Source of the DNA: Bacteroidales bacterium | GTDB taxonomy: Bacteria > Bacteroidota > Bacteroidia > Bacteroidales > UBA10428 | Assembly (NCBI GenBank): GCA_016934055.1 | Contig: JAFGTR010000008.1 | Coordinates: 69,435 to 133,434, forward strand | DNA: 64,000 bases | Reading direction: 5' to 3' | Shown here: positions 44,216-52,909 of the stretch, in pieces | Layout: each line of letters opens with the position of its first letter | How positions within the stretch are numbered: the first letter of the stretch is position 1 | The notes under the pieces: generated by a model | Database searches by the model: none | Seen by the model: only the letters and a program-made list of their open reading frames with translations | Told to the model about the DNA's origin: nothing | Made by a program: the position numbers and the translations under genes

Positions 44216-44707
44216 TTAAAAATCAGCATCAAACCGATCATCGGACTTCATCTTTAACAATTTATGCTTCACAGCGGATAACCAACCTGTTTTAATATCC
44301 TCAATTTTTTCGAAATCAGGGACATAAGGTTTTATATCCAATAGAGGTGTATTATTCACCATATCAACATTTTCGATATATAAAATGTTTTTCTCCACGC
44401 TGCAAAGCCTCACCACAGACAAGCCTATGCTATTCGGTCTTCTTGGCGCTCTTGTGGAAAACAAACCTCTTTTTTTATCATCTAAAAAAGGTCTGACCTC
44501 TAGTTGAAAACCTTTTGATAAATGAAACTGATATAAAAGAATGATGTGAGAAAAGCCATCGAGGTCTTTAAGACCATCAGCATATTCCGGGTAGACTTCA
44601 ACCATTCCTTTTATTCCTTTTCCTGCAGGAGGCTGTATTGGCATGTCTCCGGTATTATCATACGGTGTATGAATAACACCTATGGGTTTGAAGACTATTC
44701 CATTCAT
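44216..44707 (-). CDS. trmO: tRNA (t6A37) methyltransferase TrmO/TsaA family
   Basis: FKPIGVIHTPY...PIQP...G.VEVYPEYADGLKDLDGFSHIILLYQFH...RGLFSTRAPRRPNSIGLSVVRL...VDMVNNTPLLDIKPYVP is the YaeB/TsaA pattern. Confidence 0.85.
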   Translation of the reverse strand: MNGIVFKPIGVIHTPYDNTGDMPIQPPAGKGIKGMVEVYPEYADGLKDLDGFSHIILLYQFHLSKGFQLEVRPFLDDKKRGLFSTRAPRRPNSIGLSVVRLCSVEKNILYIENVDMVNNTPLLDIKPYVPDFEKIEDIKTGWLSAVKHKLLKMKSDDRFDADF

Positions 44708-44757
44708 CTTGATTTCAGTCTGGTTATCCAGTCTGTGTTTCCATACAAATCAAAGGG

Positions 44758-46122
44758 TTATCTTTCCCTGTTCTGAATCTGGTAAATTAACTCTTCAGCT
44801 GCCCTGATAATGGGATTATTAACCGGAGAAGCCGTTAATAAAGGATGTGTGCCAATCTGATAAGAAACCAGTTCAAAAACTGTAATAGATTTCTGGATAG
44901 CCATGCTGATGATATTGATGATCTCGCCAACTGATTTTCCGCCCCAGGCTTCACCGCCCAGAATACTACCATCAACAGGCGAAGCATAGAGTTTCACCGT
45001 CAGGTTTGAAGTATCTGATAAAGTTCCGGGGTGCCTGTCAGGCGATGAGAACTTAGCAGAGATGACATTAGCCTGTGCTTCAATGGCACTCTTTTCATTC
45101 GCCCCTGAAGCCGCCATGGCAAGTTTGTTAATTTCTGTAGAAAATACACCAAGAGTACCCGTAATGCATTTTTTAATGCGAATACCAAAAATATTATGGC
45201 CCAATACACGTGCTTCGGCAGTTGCAGTTGAAGCCAGTTTTATCAGGTCGCTCCGCCCTGTCAGGAAGCCAAAAGTCTGAGCACAGTCACCCACAGCACT
45301 GACGTCTTGAACGGATGTGCGTCCGTAACTGTCAACATGAATATCGCCGTATCTGTTTAATTCAAGACCGGTTTCCTGTGCAAGTCGTGTATTAGCCTTA
45401 TAACCTATTGAAAAAATAACAGCATCAGCTGCAATCTTATTCCCGTCAGCAAGCAATACACTGTTTACCTTATTATCCACCCCGATTATCTCTTTGACGC
45501 GTGTTGAAGTCAGAACATTGACACCTGTCTTCTTAAGCTCTTCCGTGGCTATCTGGCTTAATTCAGGTGAAAAAGCCTTAGAGAAACAGGTTGGTTCACT
45601 TTCAACCAGGGTTACATTTAATTGAGCTGTTGCCAGCTGCTCAGCAACTTCAGCCCCGATGAAGCCACCCCCTACAATAACAATACTTTTAAAGCCACTT
45701 ACCCTTAAAGCCAATTCCTTTATATAATTATAGCTTTTTTTGATATAAAAGATGTTCTGAAGATTATAGCCTGGTATGAAATCAGGAATCTGGGGGAAGG
45801 ACCCTGTGGCAAAAACAAGCTTTTCATAACCAATTTCTCCTCCGGTGTTTAAAACAACAAGCTTTTGCTTTTTATCCACTTTAGCCACTGTATCAACAAG
45901 AACTTCTCCGCCTAAGTCAATAAAAGGCTTTGGACCCATCTTATTCTTTTCGGCATCCCCACCAAGCAAATGAAAAACATAAGGAATCCCACACGGCACA
46001 AGACCGTCTGCCTCTTCTTTAACCATCAATACTTCTTTAGCATTAAAGAACTTCTTAATTGTCATTCCGGTTACAATGGCCGCAGGGCCTCCTCCGATAA
46101 TCACTACATCATACTTTTTCAT
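44758..46122 (-). CDS. FAD-dependent pyridine nucleotide-disulfide oxidoreductase (NADH oxidase/CoADR-like, single Cys)
   Basis: It has MKKYDVVIIGGGPAA and the putative redox Cys in LVPCGIPYVF. A second dinucleotide motif (IVIVGGGFIGAEVAEQL) and GDC follow. Confidence 0.8.
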   Translation of the reverse strand: MKKYDVVIIGGGPAAIVTGMTIKKFFNAKEVLMVKEEADGLVPCGIPYVFHLLGGDAEKNKMGPKPFIDLGGEVLVDTVAKVDKKQKLVVLNTGGEIGYEKLVFATGSFPQIPDFIPGYNLQNIFYIKKSYNYIKELALRVSGFKSIVIVGGGFIGAEVAEQLATAQLNVTLVESEPTCFSKAFSPELSQIATEELKKTGVNVLTSTRVKEIIGVDNKVNSVLLADGNKIAADAVIFSIGYKANTRLAQETGLELNRYGDIHVDSYGRTSVQDVSAVGDCAQTFGFLTGRSDLIKLASTATAEARVLGHNIFGIRIKKCITGTLGVFSTEINKLAMAASGANEKSAIEAQANVISAKFSSPDRHPGTLSDTSNLTVKLYASPVDGSILGGEAWGGKSVGEIINIISMAIQKSITVFELVSYQIGTHPLLTASPVNNPIIRAAEELIYQIQNRER

Positions 46123-46171
46123 ACATTAATAATTAATAATTATTACTCGACTGTTGTTTATAATTAATTGA

Positions 46172-46543
46172 TCATTGCTCCTTAATTTCAAACATATTAC
46201 CGCTCCTGTCCCAGATAAAATACGTTTGAGAACTCATTCCTTTCCTGCTTACGGCTTTATAACCGGCACTGATGGCCCTATGGTATAATGCTTCAGATTG
46301 CCGGTATTTCAGACAAACATGCGAGAACACCTTTCTTTCTTCCAATGGGGTTATAAACATCTCAAATTCCAGATCATTATTCCCCATGACATAAACATCC
46401 ACCTCCTCCGGCACATTAAATACTGTTTCAGAAACATTCTCATTTATTGAAAAAGTGCGTAAGATTGTAAAATGTAAAACATTTTTGTAAAAAGCATCAA
46501 TTTCTTCGGGATCATTTATTGCAAATGCAACATGTTGCAGCAT
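46172..46543 (-). CDS. VOC/glyoxalase family protein
   Basis: It is 123 aa with MLQHVAFAINDPEEIDAFYKNVL and paired beta-alpha-beta-beta-beta modules, including H and E metal-ligand positions (HVAF, HVCL, FEIKE). Confidence 0.65.
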   Translation of the reverse strand: MLQHVAFAINDPEEIDAFYKNVLHFTILRTFSINENVSETVFNVPEEVDVYVMGNNDLEFEMFITPLEERKVFSHVCLKYRQSEALYHRAISAGYKAVSRKGMSSQTYFIWDRSGNMFEIKEQ

Positions 46544-46574
46544 ATCGTCATGTCAATGTAAAAAAAGCAAATTT

Positions 46575-46594
46575 AATTGAACTTCTGTTCATTT
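46575..46594. promoter_or_regulatory. Palindromic operator, site 3 (aattgaac-ttct-gttcattt)
   Basis: It lies in the 88-bp divergent region between the VOC gene (start 46543, -) and the ICMT-like gene (start 46632, +). Confidence 0.7.
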
Positions 46595-46631
46595 TAAAAC
46601 TTATTAGATTAATTTTAAAAAAAATTCAATC

Positions 46632-47153
46632 ATGTTGCTGTTTATACTATTATGTCTTATCTGTTTAACCAGTTATTACCTGCATACACTCTGGCATTAC
46701 CGGATCTATAAAGGAGTTAATTTTGAACAACGGGGTAAACTTTTCAGCTTATACACCCATTTCATAGTTTTTATCGGTTATTTCGCTTTTGGCATGATGA
46801 TCTTTACCGATCCTCTCAAAATAAGTATTGACATTATCCTCAGAATTGCCGGTCTGATCATAGGTTTATCAGGTATTGTGATTGGTGTTGTTGCTACAAT
46901 TCAAAAAAAAGGCTATACCGATACGGATCAATTAATTACAAAAGGAATATATGCCAGGTTACGCAATCCGATGTATCTCGGGATTATTTTTATTCATATT
47001 GGTCTGCCTTTATTCTTCGGGAGCCTGATAACCCTTTTATCCGCTTTTGTCTGGATACCCATGATTATATTATGGAAAATCTGGGAAGAAAAGCACCTTG
47101 AAAACAAATATGGAAAGCAGTACAACACTTATAAAAAACAAACACTTTTTTAG
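46632..47153 (+). CDS. Isoprenylcysteine carboxyl methyltransferase (ICMT/PEMT) family membrane protein
   Basis: It has 4-5 TM segments and the C-terminal motif LITKGIYARLRNPMYLGIIFIHIG...WEEKHLENKYGKQY. Confidence 0.78.
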   Translation: MLLFILLCLICLTSYYLHTLWHYRIYKGVNFEQRGKLFSLYTHFIVFIGYFAFGMMIFTDPLKISIDIILRIAGLIIGLSGIVIGVVATIQKKGYTDTDQLITKGIYARLRNPMYLGIIFIHIGLPLFFGSLITLLSAFVWIPMIILWKIWEEKHLENKYGKQYNTYKKQTLF

Positions 47154-47260
47154 TCGGATTAAACACTCATGAGACAAAGTCGCATCCAACTTAGATCTTT
47201 CAGAACAGCAGGCCGTGTCAATGGCGCTCATTGTCTTTTTTTAGCTAAAAAAGATGTCTT

Positions 47261-47280
47261 AAATGAACAAATGTTCATTT
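47261..47280. promoter_or_regulatory. Palindromic operator, site 4 (aaatgaac-aaat-gttcattt)
   Basis: This is a perfect 8+8 inverted repeat, 33 nt upstream of the ATG at 47313. Confidence 0.75.
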
Positions 47281-47312
47281 TATTATGTTTATTTTTATCA
47301 AAAAAGTGATTT

Positions 47313-48095
47313 ATGATGAAAATAACAGTTCTTACCGATAACACACCCGGAAAGCATACCGAAGCCGAACACGGTTTATCATATCTTATTGAATTCGATG
47401 GTAAAAGACTGCTTTTTGATACAGGGCAAAGCAATTTATTTATAAAGAATGCTGAAGTCATGGGTGTTGATGTGACAAACATTGATATGATCATTCTCAG
47501 CCACGGTCATTTCGACCATGGAGACGGATTACCTTATCTTTCCGGGGGGAAATTATTATGTCATCCGGGATGTTTTGTCAAACGCTACCGGAAAATTGAC
47601 CATTCCTATATCGGATTGGTAAATACGCAGGATGAACTTAAAGAAAAATATGAACTTATAACATCAGCTTCACCTTTTTATATAACGGAAAAGATTATAT
47701 TCCTTGGTGAAATCCCCCGCCTGACTGATTTCGAGTCGAAGCATACTTCCTTTGTTTTTGAAGACGGCAGTCCTGATTTTGTGATGGATGACAGTGCTAT
47801 AGCTATGATCCTTGATAAAGGCATATTTGTTGTCACCGGTTGCGGACATGCAGGAATTGTGAACACGCTTGAACATGCCAGAATAGTGACAGAAATAAAA
47901 AAACTTTATGGTGTCATGGGTGGTTTTCATTTGAAGGCAGCAGACAGGCAAACAGAAGAAACAATCCGTTACCTCAAAGACAGCGGAATAACATATGTTT
48001 ATCCCTCACATTGTACAGTTGAACCGGCCCTTTCTTTGTTTCATAAGAACTTCCCGGCTAAACAGGTGAAGACAGGCGATTTTTTCAGTTTTTAA
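47313..48095 (+). CDS. MBL-fold metallo-hydrolase
   Basis: It has KITVLTDNT...EHGLSYLIEFDGKRLLFDTGQS and ILSHGHFDHGDGL (HxHxDH), then TGCGHAG. Confidence 0.8.
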   Translation: MMKITVLTDNTPGKHTEAEHGLSYLIEFDGKRLLFDTGQSNLFIKNAEVMGVDVTNIDMIILSHGHFDHGDGLPYLSGGKLLCHPGCFVKRYRKIDHSYIGLVNTQDELKEKYELITSASPFYITEKIIFLGEIPRLTDFESKHTSFVFEDGSPDFVMDDSAIAMILDKGIFVVTGCGHAGIVNTLEHARIVTEIKKLYGVMGGFHLKAADRQTEETIRYLKDSGITYVYPSHCTVEPALSLFHKNFPAKQVKTGDFFSF

Positions 48096-48105
48096 CAATC
48101 TTTCC

Positions 48106-49131
48106 ATGGAAGAAATTTTTGTTTCAACACTTAAACAGTCATTAATGATAACAGTTTTTGTTCTGTTTATGATGGTTGTAATTGAATACATCAACGTGCA
48201 GAGCAAAAACCTGTGGGCTGAAAAGTTAAGGCAATCTCCATTTTTACAAATAATAATAGCAGCCTTGCTGGGCATAACACCAGGTTGTATGGGCGCATTC
48301 ACTGTGGTTTCGTTGTACACTCACCGTATGATGGGACTCGCAGGTCTGGTTACCGTAATGATTGCAACATCGGGCGATGAAGCCTTTGTAATGTTTGCGC
48401 TTTTCCCGGGGAAAGCTCTTTTATTAAATGTTGTTTTGCTGACAGTAGCGATAGTGTCAGGATGGCTGGTACACTTATTTAACAGGAAAAGCAATATTAA
48501 AAAAGAGGTACAGGGTTATGTTATACACGAACAGGAATACTGCAAATGCTTTACCAGACATTTAATCGTTCCGCAACTGAAAGCTATTTCATTTGAAAGA
48601 GCTATACTGTTGCTGTTTATTCTTTTGTTTACAGTAATGCTGCTGGCAGGAATCATCGGAAACAGTGAATGGGACTGGAAAAAAATAACATTCCTTTCAG
48701 GCAGCCTTTTCCTTTTATTTGTATTTATTACCGTTCCTGAACATTTCTTAAAAGAACATTTATATGAGCATATCCTTAAAAAACATTTGTTGAGATTATT
48801 TTTGTGGACCTGGGGAGCATTTATTGCATTGCATTTTATCCAAACAAACATAGAATTAAGTAACCTGTTACAAAACAATTCGAGTTTGGTATTACTTTCA
48901 GCTGTTTTGCTCGGCCTTATCCCCGAATCAGGTCCGCATTTGTTGTTTGTCACATTGTTTTCACAAAGCCTTTTGCCTTTCAGCATATTGCTGGCAAATT
49001 CGATTGTACAGGATGGTCATGGTATGTTGCCTTTGCTGGCAGAATCACGTAAAGATTTTGTCAGGGTAAAGGCCATAAACATGCTTGTTGGCCTGCTGAT
49101 TGGATTTATACTTTTACAATTCGGACTGTAA
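48106..49131 (+). CDS. Polytopic membrane protein, putative 10-TM heavy-metal exporter (ArsP_2-like) family
   Basis: It has about 10 TM segments in two halves. GITPGCMGAF and GLIPESGPHLLFVTLF resemble the paired motifs of that family. This is from memory and tentative. Confidence 0.5.
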   Translation: MEEIFVSTLKQSLMITVFVLFMMVVIEYINVQSKNLWAEKLRQSPFLQIIIAALLGITPGCMGAFTVVSLYTHRMMGLAGLVTVMIATSGDEAFVMFALFPGKALLLNVVLLTVAIVSGWLVHLFNRKSNIKKEVQGYVIHEQEYCKCFTRHLIVPQLKAISFERAILLLFILLFTVMLLAGIIGNSEWDWKKITFLSGSLFLLFVFITVPEHFLKEHLYEHILKKHLLRLFLWTWGAFIALHFIQTNIELSNLLQNNSSLVLLSAVLLGLIPESGPHLLFVTLFSQSLLPFSILLANSIVQDGHGMLPLLAESRKDFVRVKAINMLVGLLIGFILLQFGL

Positions 49132-49164
49132 TCAATTATACTTAATGCAGCAAATTATCAGTTA

Positions 49165-49488
49165 ATGGATGAACCTGCAACAGAAACAACACAATCAGAC
49201 CTTCAAAAAGCTGAGATCATTTTTGCCGACATAATGAAATTAAAAAAAAATGAAAGAATAGTATGTCCTGCTATATGGATTGATGATGGTGAAAAATATG
49301 ATAATCAACCGGAAAATATCAAAACAGGATATATTGTGTATGGCATTCATCTTGTTGATATTTTTTTTAACATGTCAAGCAAAGAAACAGGGCACCCCAT
49401 TAATTTAAAGGCTATGAAGACTAATGAAATACACGAAGGATACTATACAAATTCAAACAGGTTTATAATTGAATGGATTGATTACTAA
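49165..49488 (+). CDS. Hypothetical cytoplasmic protein (107 aa)
   Basis: The ORF has plausible codon usage and follows the exporter gene by 33 nt. I recognise no motif. Confidence 0.4.
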   Translation: MDEPATETTQSDLQKAEIIFADIMKLKKNERIVCPAIWIDDGEKYDNQPENIKTGYIVYGIHLVDIFFNMSSKETGHPINLKAMKTNEIHEGYYTNSNRFIIEWIDY

Positions 49489-49611
49489 TTAAAGCCCTGA
49501 TAACCATAATAACACAAAATTAGCGGAATACTTTTAACATAATTAAAGGCACATTTTAAAAAGCTAAAGAGACGCCCGGTAAGTTCTATGACTGTTCAAA
49601 AAAGATAATTG

Positions 49612-49631
49612 AAATGAACCTATGTTCATTT
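49612..49631. promoter_or_regulatory. Palindromic operator, site 5 (aaatgaac-ctat-gttcattt)
   Basis: This is a perfect 8+8 inverted repeat. It is followed by a consensus TAnnTTTG box (tatctttg, 49639..49646) and the ATG at 49673. Confidence 0.75.
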
Positions 49632-49672
49632 ATATTATTATCTTTGTATCTTCAAAATTTAAAATAATTCAT

Positions 49673-49987
49673 ATGATGATTGCTATCCCGGCATCGGCGA
49701 AAAATCCGGATGCCCTAATTGACGAACGATTTGCACGTTGTCCGTTTTTTTGTTTTTACAATACAAAAACCATGGACTTTGACTTTAAAGAGAATACAAA
49801 AAAGGATGCTATGGAAGGCGTTGGACCGCAGGTTGCGGAATTTCTGGCGAATAACGGAATAATGGCTGTATATACGTGCGAAGTAGGACCAAAAGCCAAA
49901 ATGATACTGGAGAAACTCAACATTACAATCAACATCGTCAAGTCAAACCAGACTGTAAAACAAATAACAACATTATTAAATAACTAA
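49673..49987 (+). CDS. NifB/NifX-family (dinitrogenase FeMo-cofactor biosynthesis domain) protein, copy 1
   Basis: MMIAIPASAKNPDALIDERFARCPFFCFYN...GPQVAEFLANNGIMAVYTCEVGPKAKMILEKLNI is the NifX-like fold pattern. I chose an internal start downstream of the operator. Confidence 0.75.
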   Translation: MMIAIPASAKNPDALIDERFARCPFFCFYNTKTMDFDFKENTKKDAMEGVGPQVAEFLANNGIMAVYTCEVGPKAKMILEKLNITINIVKSNQTVKQITTLLNN

Positions 49988-49999
49988 AAATTAATTATT

Positions 50000-50341
50000 A
50001 TGCCACAAGGAGATCGTTCCGGACCCATGGGACAAGGTCCCAGAACCGGAAGAGCAAAGGGTTTTTGCTCAGGATATGATACACCAGGTTATGCAAGAGG
50101 ATTTGGAGGTGGAATGGGCAGAGGCTTTGGATATGACCGGGGCATGGGAAGAGGCCGCGGATATGGCAGAGGGTGGAATATTGGACAAGCCTTTTCCGGA
50201 TTTTTCCACGGATTTCCCTGGACACAGTCCATGAGTAAAAATGATGAAATTGCAATGCTGAAATCGCAGGCAGAAGAGCTTAAACTCTCTCAGAAAAATA
50301 TCGAAAAAAGGCTCAGCGAATTGGAAAAAGAAGGAGAATAG
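50000..50341 (+). CDS. DUF5320 family protein (G/R-rich N-terminus, coiled-coil C-terminus)
   Basis: MPQGDRSGPMGQGPRTGRAKGFCSGY...GMGRGRGYGRG is followed by LKSQAEELKLSQKNIEKRLSELEKE. Confidence 0.75.
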   Translation: MPQGDRSGPMGQGPRTGRAKGFCSGYDTPGYARGFGGGMGRGFGYDRGMGRGRGYGRGWNIGQAFSGFFHGFPWTQSMSKNDEIAMLKSQAEELKLSQKNIEKRLSELEKEGE

Positions 50342-50352
50342 GGAAAAGTATT

Positions 50353-50394
50353 CAGTTAACAGTAAACGGTAAACAGTAAAAAGTAAATGGTTAT
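50353..50394. repeat. Six tandem degenerate heptamers (CAGTAAA-like)
   Basis: The units read cagttaa cagtaaa cggtaaa cagtaaa aagtaaa tggttat. The array starts 12 nt after the DUF5320 stop and belongs to the same family as 3934..4017. Confidence 0.75.
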
Positions 50395-50498
50395 CATTAA
50401 GCAACCGAAACTTTAGCGTTATCGGGTAAAGATGTTGTTACTTGGATTAAGAGGGTAACACAGAAAATTATTATTTTTGAAAAAAATATCATAATTCA

Positions 50499-50837
50499 AT
50501 GAAGCATATCATAGCCATTCCTACGAACAATAATTGTTTATGCCAGCATTTCGGGCATTGTGAGAAATTTGCCATTTATCATGCGGAAGATTATCAAATA
50601 AAAGAAGAATCTTACCTTGATCCACCGGCACATGAACCTGGCGTTTTACCTGCATGGCTTGCATCAAAAGGCGTAACCCATGTAATCTCAGGGGGAATGG
50701 GACACAGAGCTATTTCTCTTTTCAATCAGCAGAACATAGAGGTATATACCGGAGTAGAACCAAAACCAGCCAAAATAATAGCAGAAGAGTTTTTAAACAA
50801 TAAGCTTATTACAGGCACAAATGCCTGCGATCATTAG
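50499..50837 (+). CDS. NifB/NifX-family protein, copy 2
   Basis: MKHIIAIPTNNNCLCQHFGHCEKFAIY...LPAWLASKGVTHVISGGMGHRAISLFNQQNIEVYTG is the NifX-like fold pattern. Confidence 0.78.
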   Translation: MKHIIAIPTNNNCLCQHFGHCEKFAIYHAEDYQIKEESYLDPPAHEPGVLPAWLASKGVTHVISGGMGHRAISLFNQQNIEVYTGVEPKPAKIIAEEFLNNKLITGTNACDH

Positions 50838-50848
50838 TAAGAAAAAAG

Positions 50849-51730
50849 ATGCACAGCGAATGTGTCAGTTGTTTCCTTGTTCAGGCAGACAGAATGCTGG
50901 AAAAGCACCGGATCAGAAATGATGTGGCGAAAGATATAATACTGCGATTTCGTTTATTTGTCGATGACCACAAAGATAATAATCTTACAGCACCGGAAGC
51001 TTCTTGTTTTTTACATCGTTTGATAAAAAAAGCATCGGGAACGAATGACCTCTATAAAAAGGAAAAAAAGCATTATAACAAATTATTATTGAACCTTGAA
51101 GAGGATATCCGGCGTGTCATACACAACTCGGAGAATCCATTTCAGACCGCCTTACGATACGCTTTGGCGGGAAATATTATTGATTTTGGCCCACCAGGTC
51201 AATTTGATGTATTCAAGGCATTGTCATCGGCTGTTTCAAAAGATCCGGCTATTGACCATTCAGGTTTACTGCAAAAAGCATTAAAAAAAGCAGCCAAGGT
51301 ATTGTACCTGGGTGACAATGCCGGTGAAATTGTGCTTGATAAGTTGCTTGTTGAGACTATCAGGCATCCCAACCTGAAATACGCCGTACGCGGGGGAAAC
51401 ATTATCAATGATATTACCATGGAAGATGCCAGAGCTGTTGGTATGACAGAACTTACCACGGTGATTTCAAACGGCTACAGTGCGCCTTCTACATTGGTTA
51501 ACCGTTGCTCGCAGGCATTCAGAAAAATATACAGCGAAGCCGATCTCATCATTTCAAAAGGTCAAGGTAATCTGGAAGGACTAATCGACGAAACCGGAAA
51601 GAAGATTTTTTTCCTGCTCATGATCAAATGCAATGTTATGGCCAAAATAACAGGTGCAAACCAGGGTGATGTTGTCATTCTGTATAACCAAAAGATGTCC
51701 CTGCCAAAAAGGAAGACTGAGAGGTTGTAA
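50849..51730 (+). CDS. DUF89 (ARMT1-like damage-control phosphatase) family protein
   Basis: It has an N-terminal ECVSC, then ALAGNIIDFG, LYLGDNAGEIVLDKLL, ISKGQGNLEGL and the layout typical of DUF89. Confidence 0.7.
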   Translation: MHSECVSCFLVQADRMLEKHRIRNDVAKDIILRFRLFVDDHKDNNLTAPEASCFLHRLIKKASGTNDLYKKEKKHYNKLLLNLEEDIRRVIHNSENPFQTALRYALAGNIIDFGPPGQFDVFKALSSAVSKDPAIDHSGLLQKALKKAAKVLYLGDNAGEIVLDKLLVETIRHPNLKYAVRGGNIINDITMEDARAVGMTELTTVISNGYSAPSTLVNRCSQAFRKIYSEADLIISKGQGNLEGLIDETGKKIFFLLMIKCNVMAKITGANQGDVVILYNQKMSLPKRKTERL

Positions 51731-52048
51731 TGATTGCTGCGTCCATCAAAGCTTACTGTGGTTAATAGAGTCAGGCAGTGAAGGGAAAAAGGGTTGTTTG
51801 AAAACAAATTAAGTCCCGGAGGGGTGGCATGTTGTTAGCCCAGGGCGGTAGCCCCGGGTAACACAGGGAGTGTGGATACTACTGCAGGCACAATCTGACC
51901 AAAAGAATTAACTGCATATGCAGCGAAATGAAACAGGCCTTCCTCCAAAGGTAACAGATCATTTTACATATCAAAAGAATATGGATGAACAAGAATGATT
52001 ATACAAAAAAGACAAAATCGCTTTATCATTAAATAGCCCTGTCAACAA

Positions 52049-52909
52049 ATGAAAATTGCCATTACAAGCGGTAAGGGGGGAACGGGAAAAACAACGGTCA
52101 GCACAGGCCTTTTTCATGTTCTTACAAAATATTATAAATATCATGTACAGTTGCTTGATTGTGATGTGGAAGAACCTGATTGCCATATTTTTATTAAATC
52201 AGTTAAACATGATGAACAACCGGTAACCATTTCTGTACCTGAGATTAAAACCGACCAGTGTACCTTTTGCGGAAAATGCAAAGCTGTTTGTGCATTCAAT
52301 GCAATTGTTATGATGCCATCAGCGAAATTTATAGAAGTTGTGGAAGATATGTGTCATGGTTGCGGCGCATGTTCATATGTTTGCAAAGACAATGCCATTG
52401 TTGAACACAACCGGATAATTGGGACCATCTCGTATTTCGATTATTTTGCCAGAGATGAATTTATTGAAGGCCGCATGAATGTCGGATCCGCATTGCAGAC
52501 AAGGGTAATCAGGGAAACGATAAACCATGCAAAAAAAGCAGGCATAATCCTTTTTGATTCTCCGCCCGGAACTTCCTGTCCCGTAATAGCGACAGTTTCC
52601 AAAGCCGATTATGTTATCCTGGTTACTGAGCCAACGCCTTTTGGTCTTCATGACCTGAAGCTTATGGTTGAGACTGTTAAACAACTGAATAAAAATCGCG
52701 GGATTGTAATCAACAAAGCCGGATTGAATTATAGTCCCCTGTATGATTATATAAAAAAGGAAAATATTGCCCTTCTGGGCGAGATCCCGTTTAAAAAAGA
52801 ATATGCCAAAGCATATTCCCTCGGGAAATTATTACCTGAATATGATCCGGAACTAAGAAATACATTTCAAAGTATTATTAAACAGGTCGTAAATGGAGAA
52901 ACCGTTTGA
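52049..52909 (+). CDS. MinD/ParA-type P-loop ATPase with inserted 2x[4Fe-4S] ferredoxin domain, copy 1
   Basis: It has the deviant Walker A (KIAITSGKGGTGKTTVS) and the ferredoxin motifs CTFCGKCKAVC and CHGCGACSYVC. Confidence 0.85.
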   Translation: MKIAITSGKGGTGKTTVSTGLFHVLTKYYKYHVQLLDCDVEEPDCHIFIKSVKHDEQPVTISVPEIKTDQCTFCGKCKAVCAFNAIVMMPSAKFIEVVEDMCHGCGACSYVCKDNAIVEHNRIIGTISYFDYFARDEFIEGRMNVGSALQTRVIRETINHAKKAGIILFDSPPGTSCPVIATVSKADYVILVTEPTPFGLHDLKLMVETVKQLNKNRGIVINKAGLNYSPLYDYIKKENIALLGEIPFKKEYAKAYSLGKLLPEYDPELRNTFQSIIKQVVNGETV

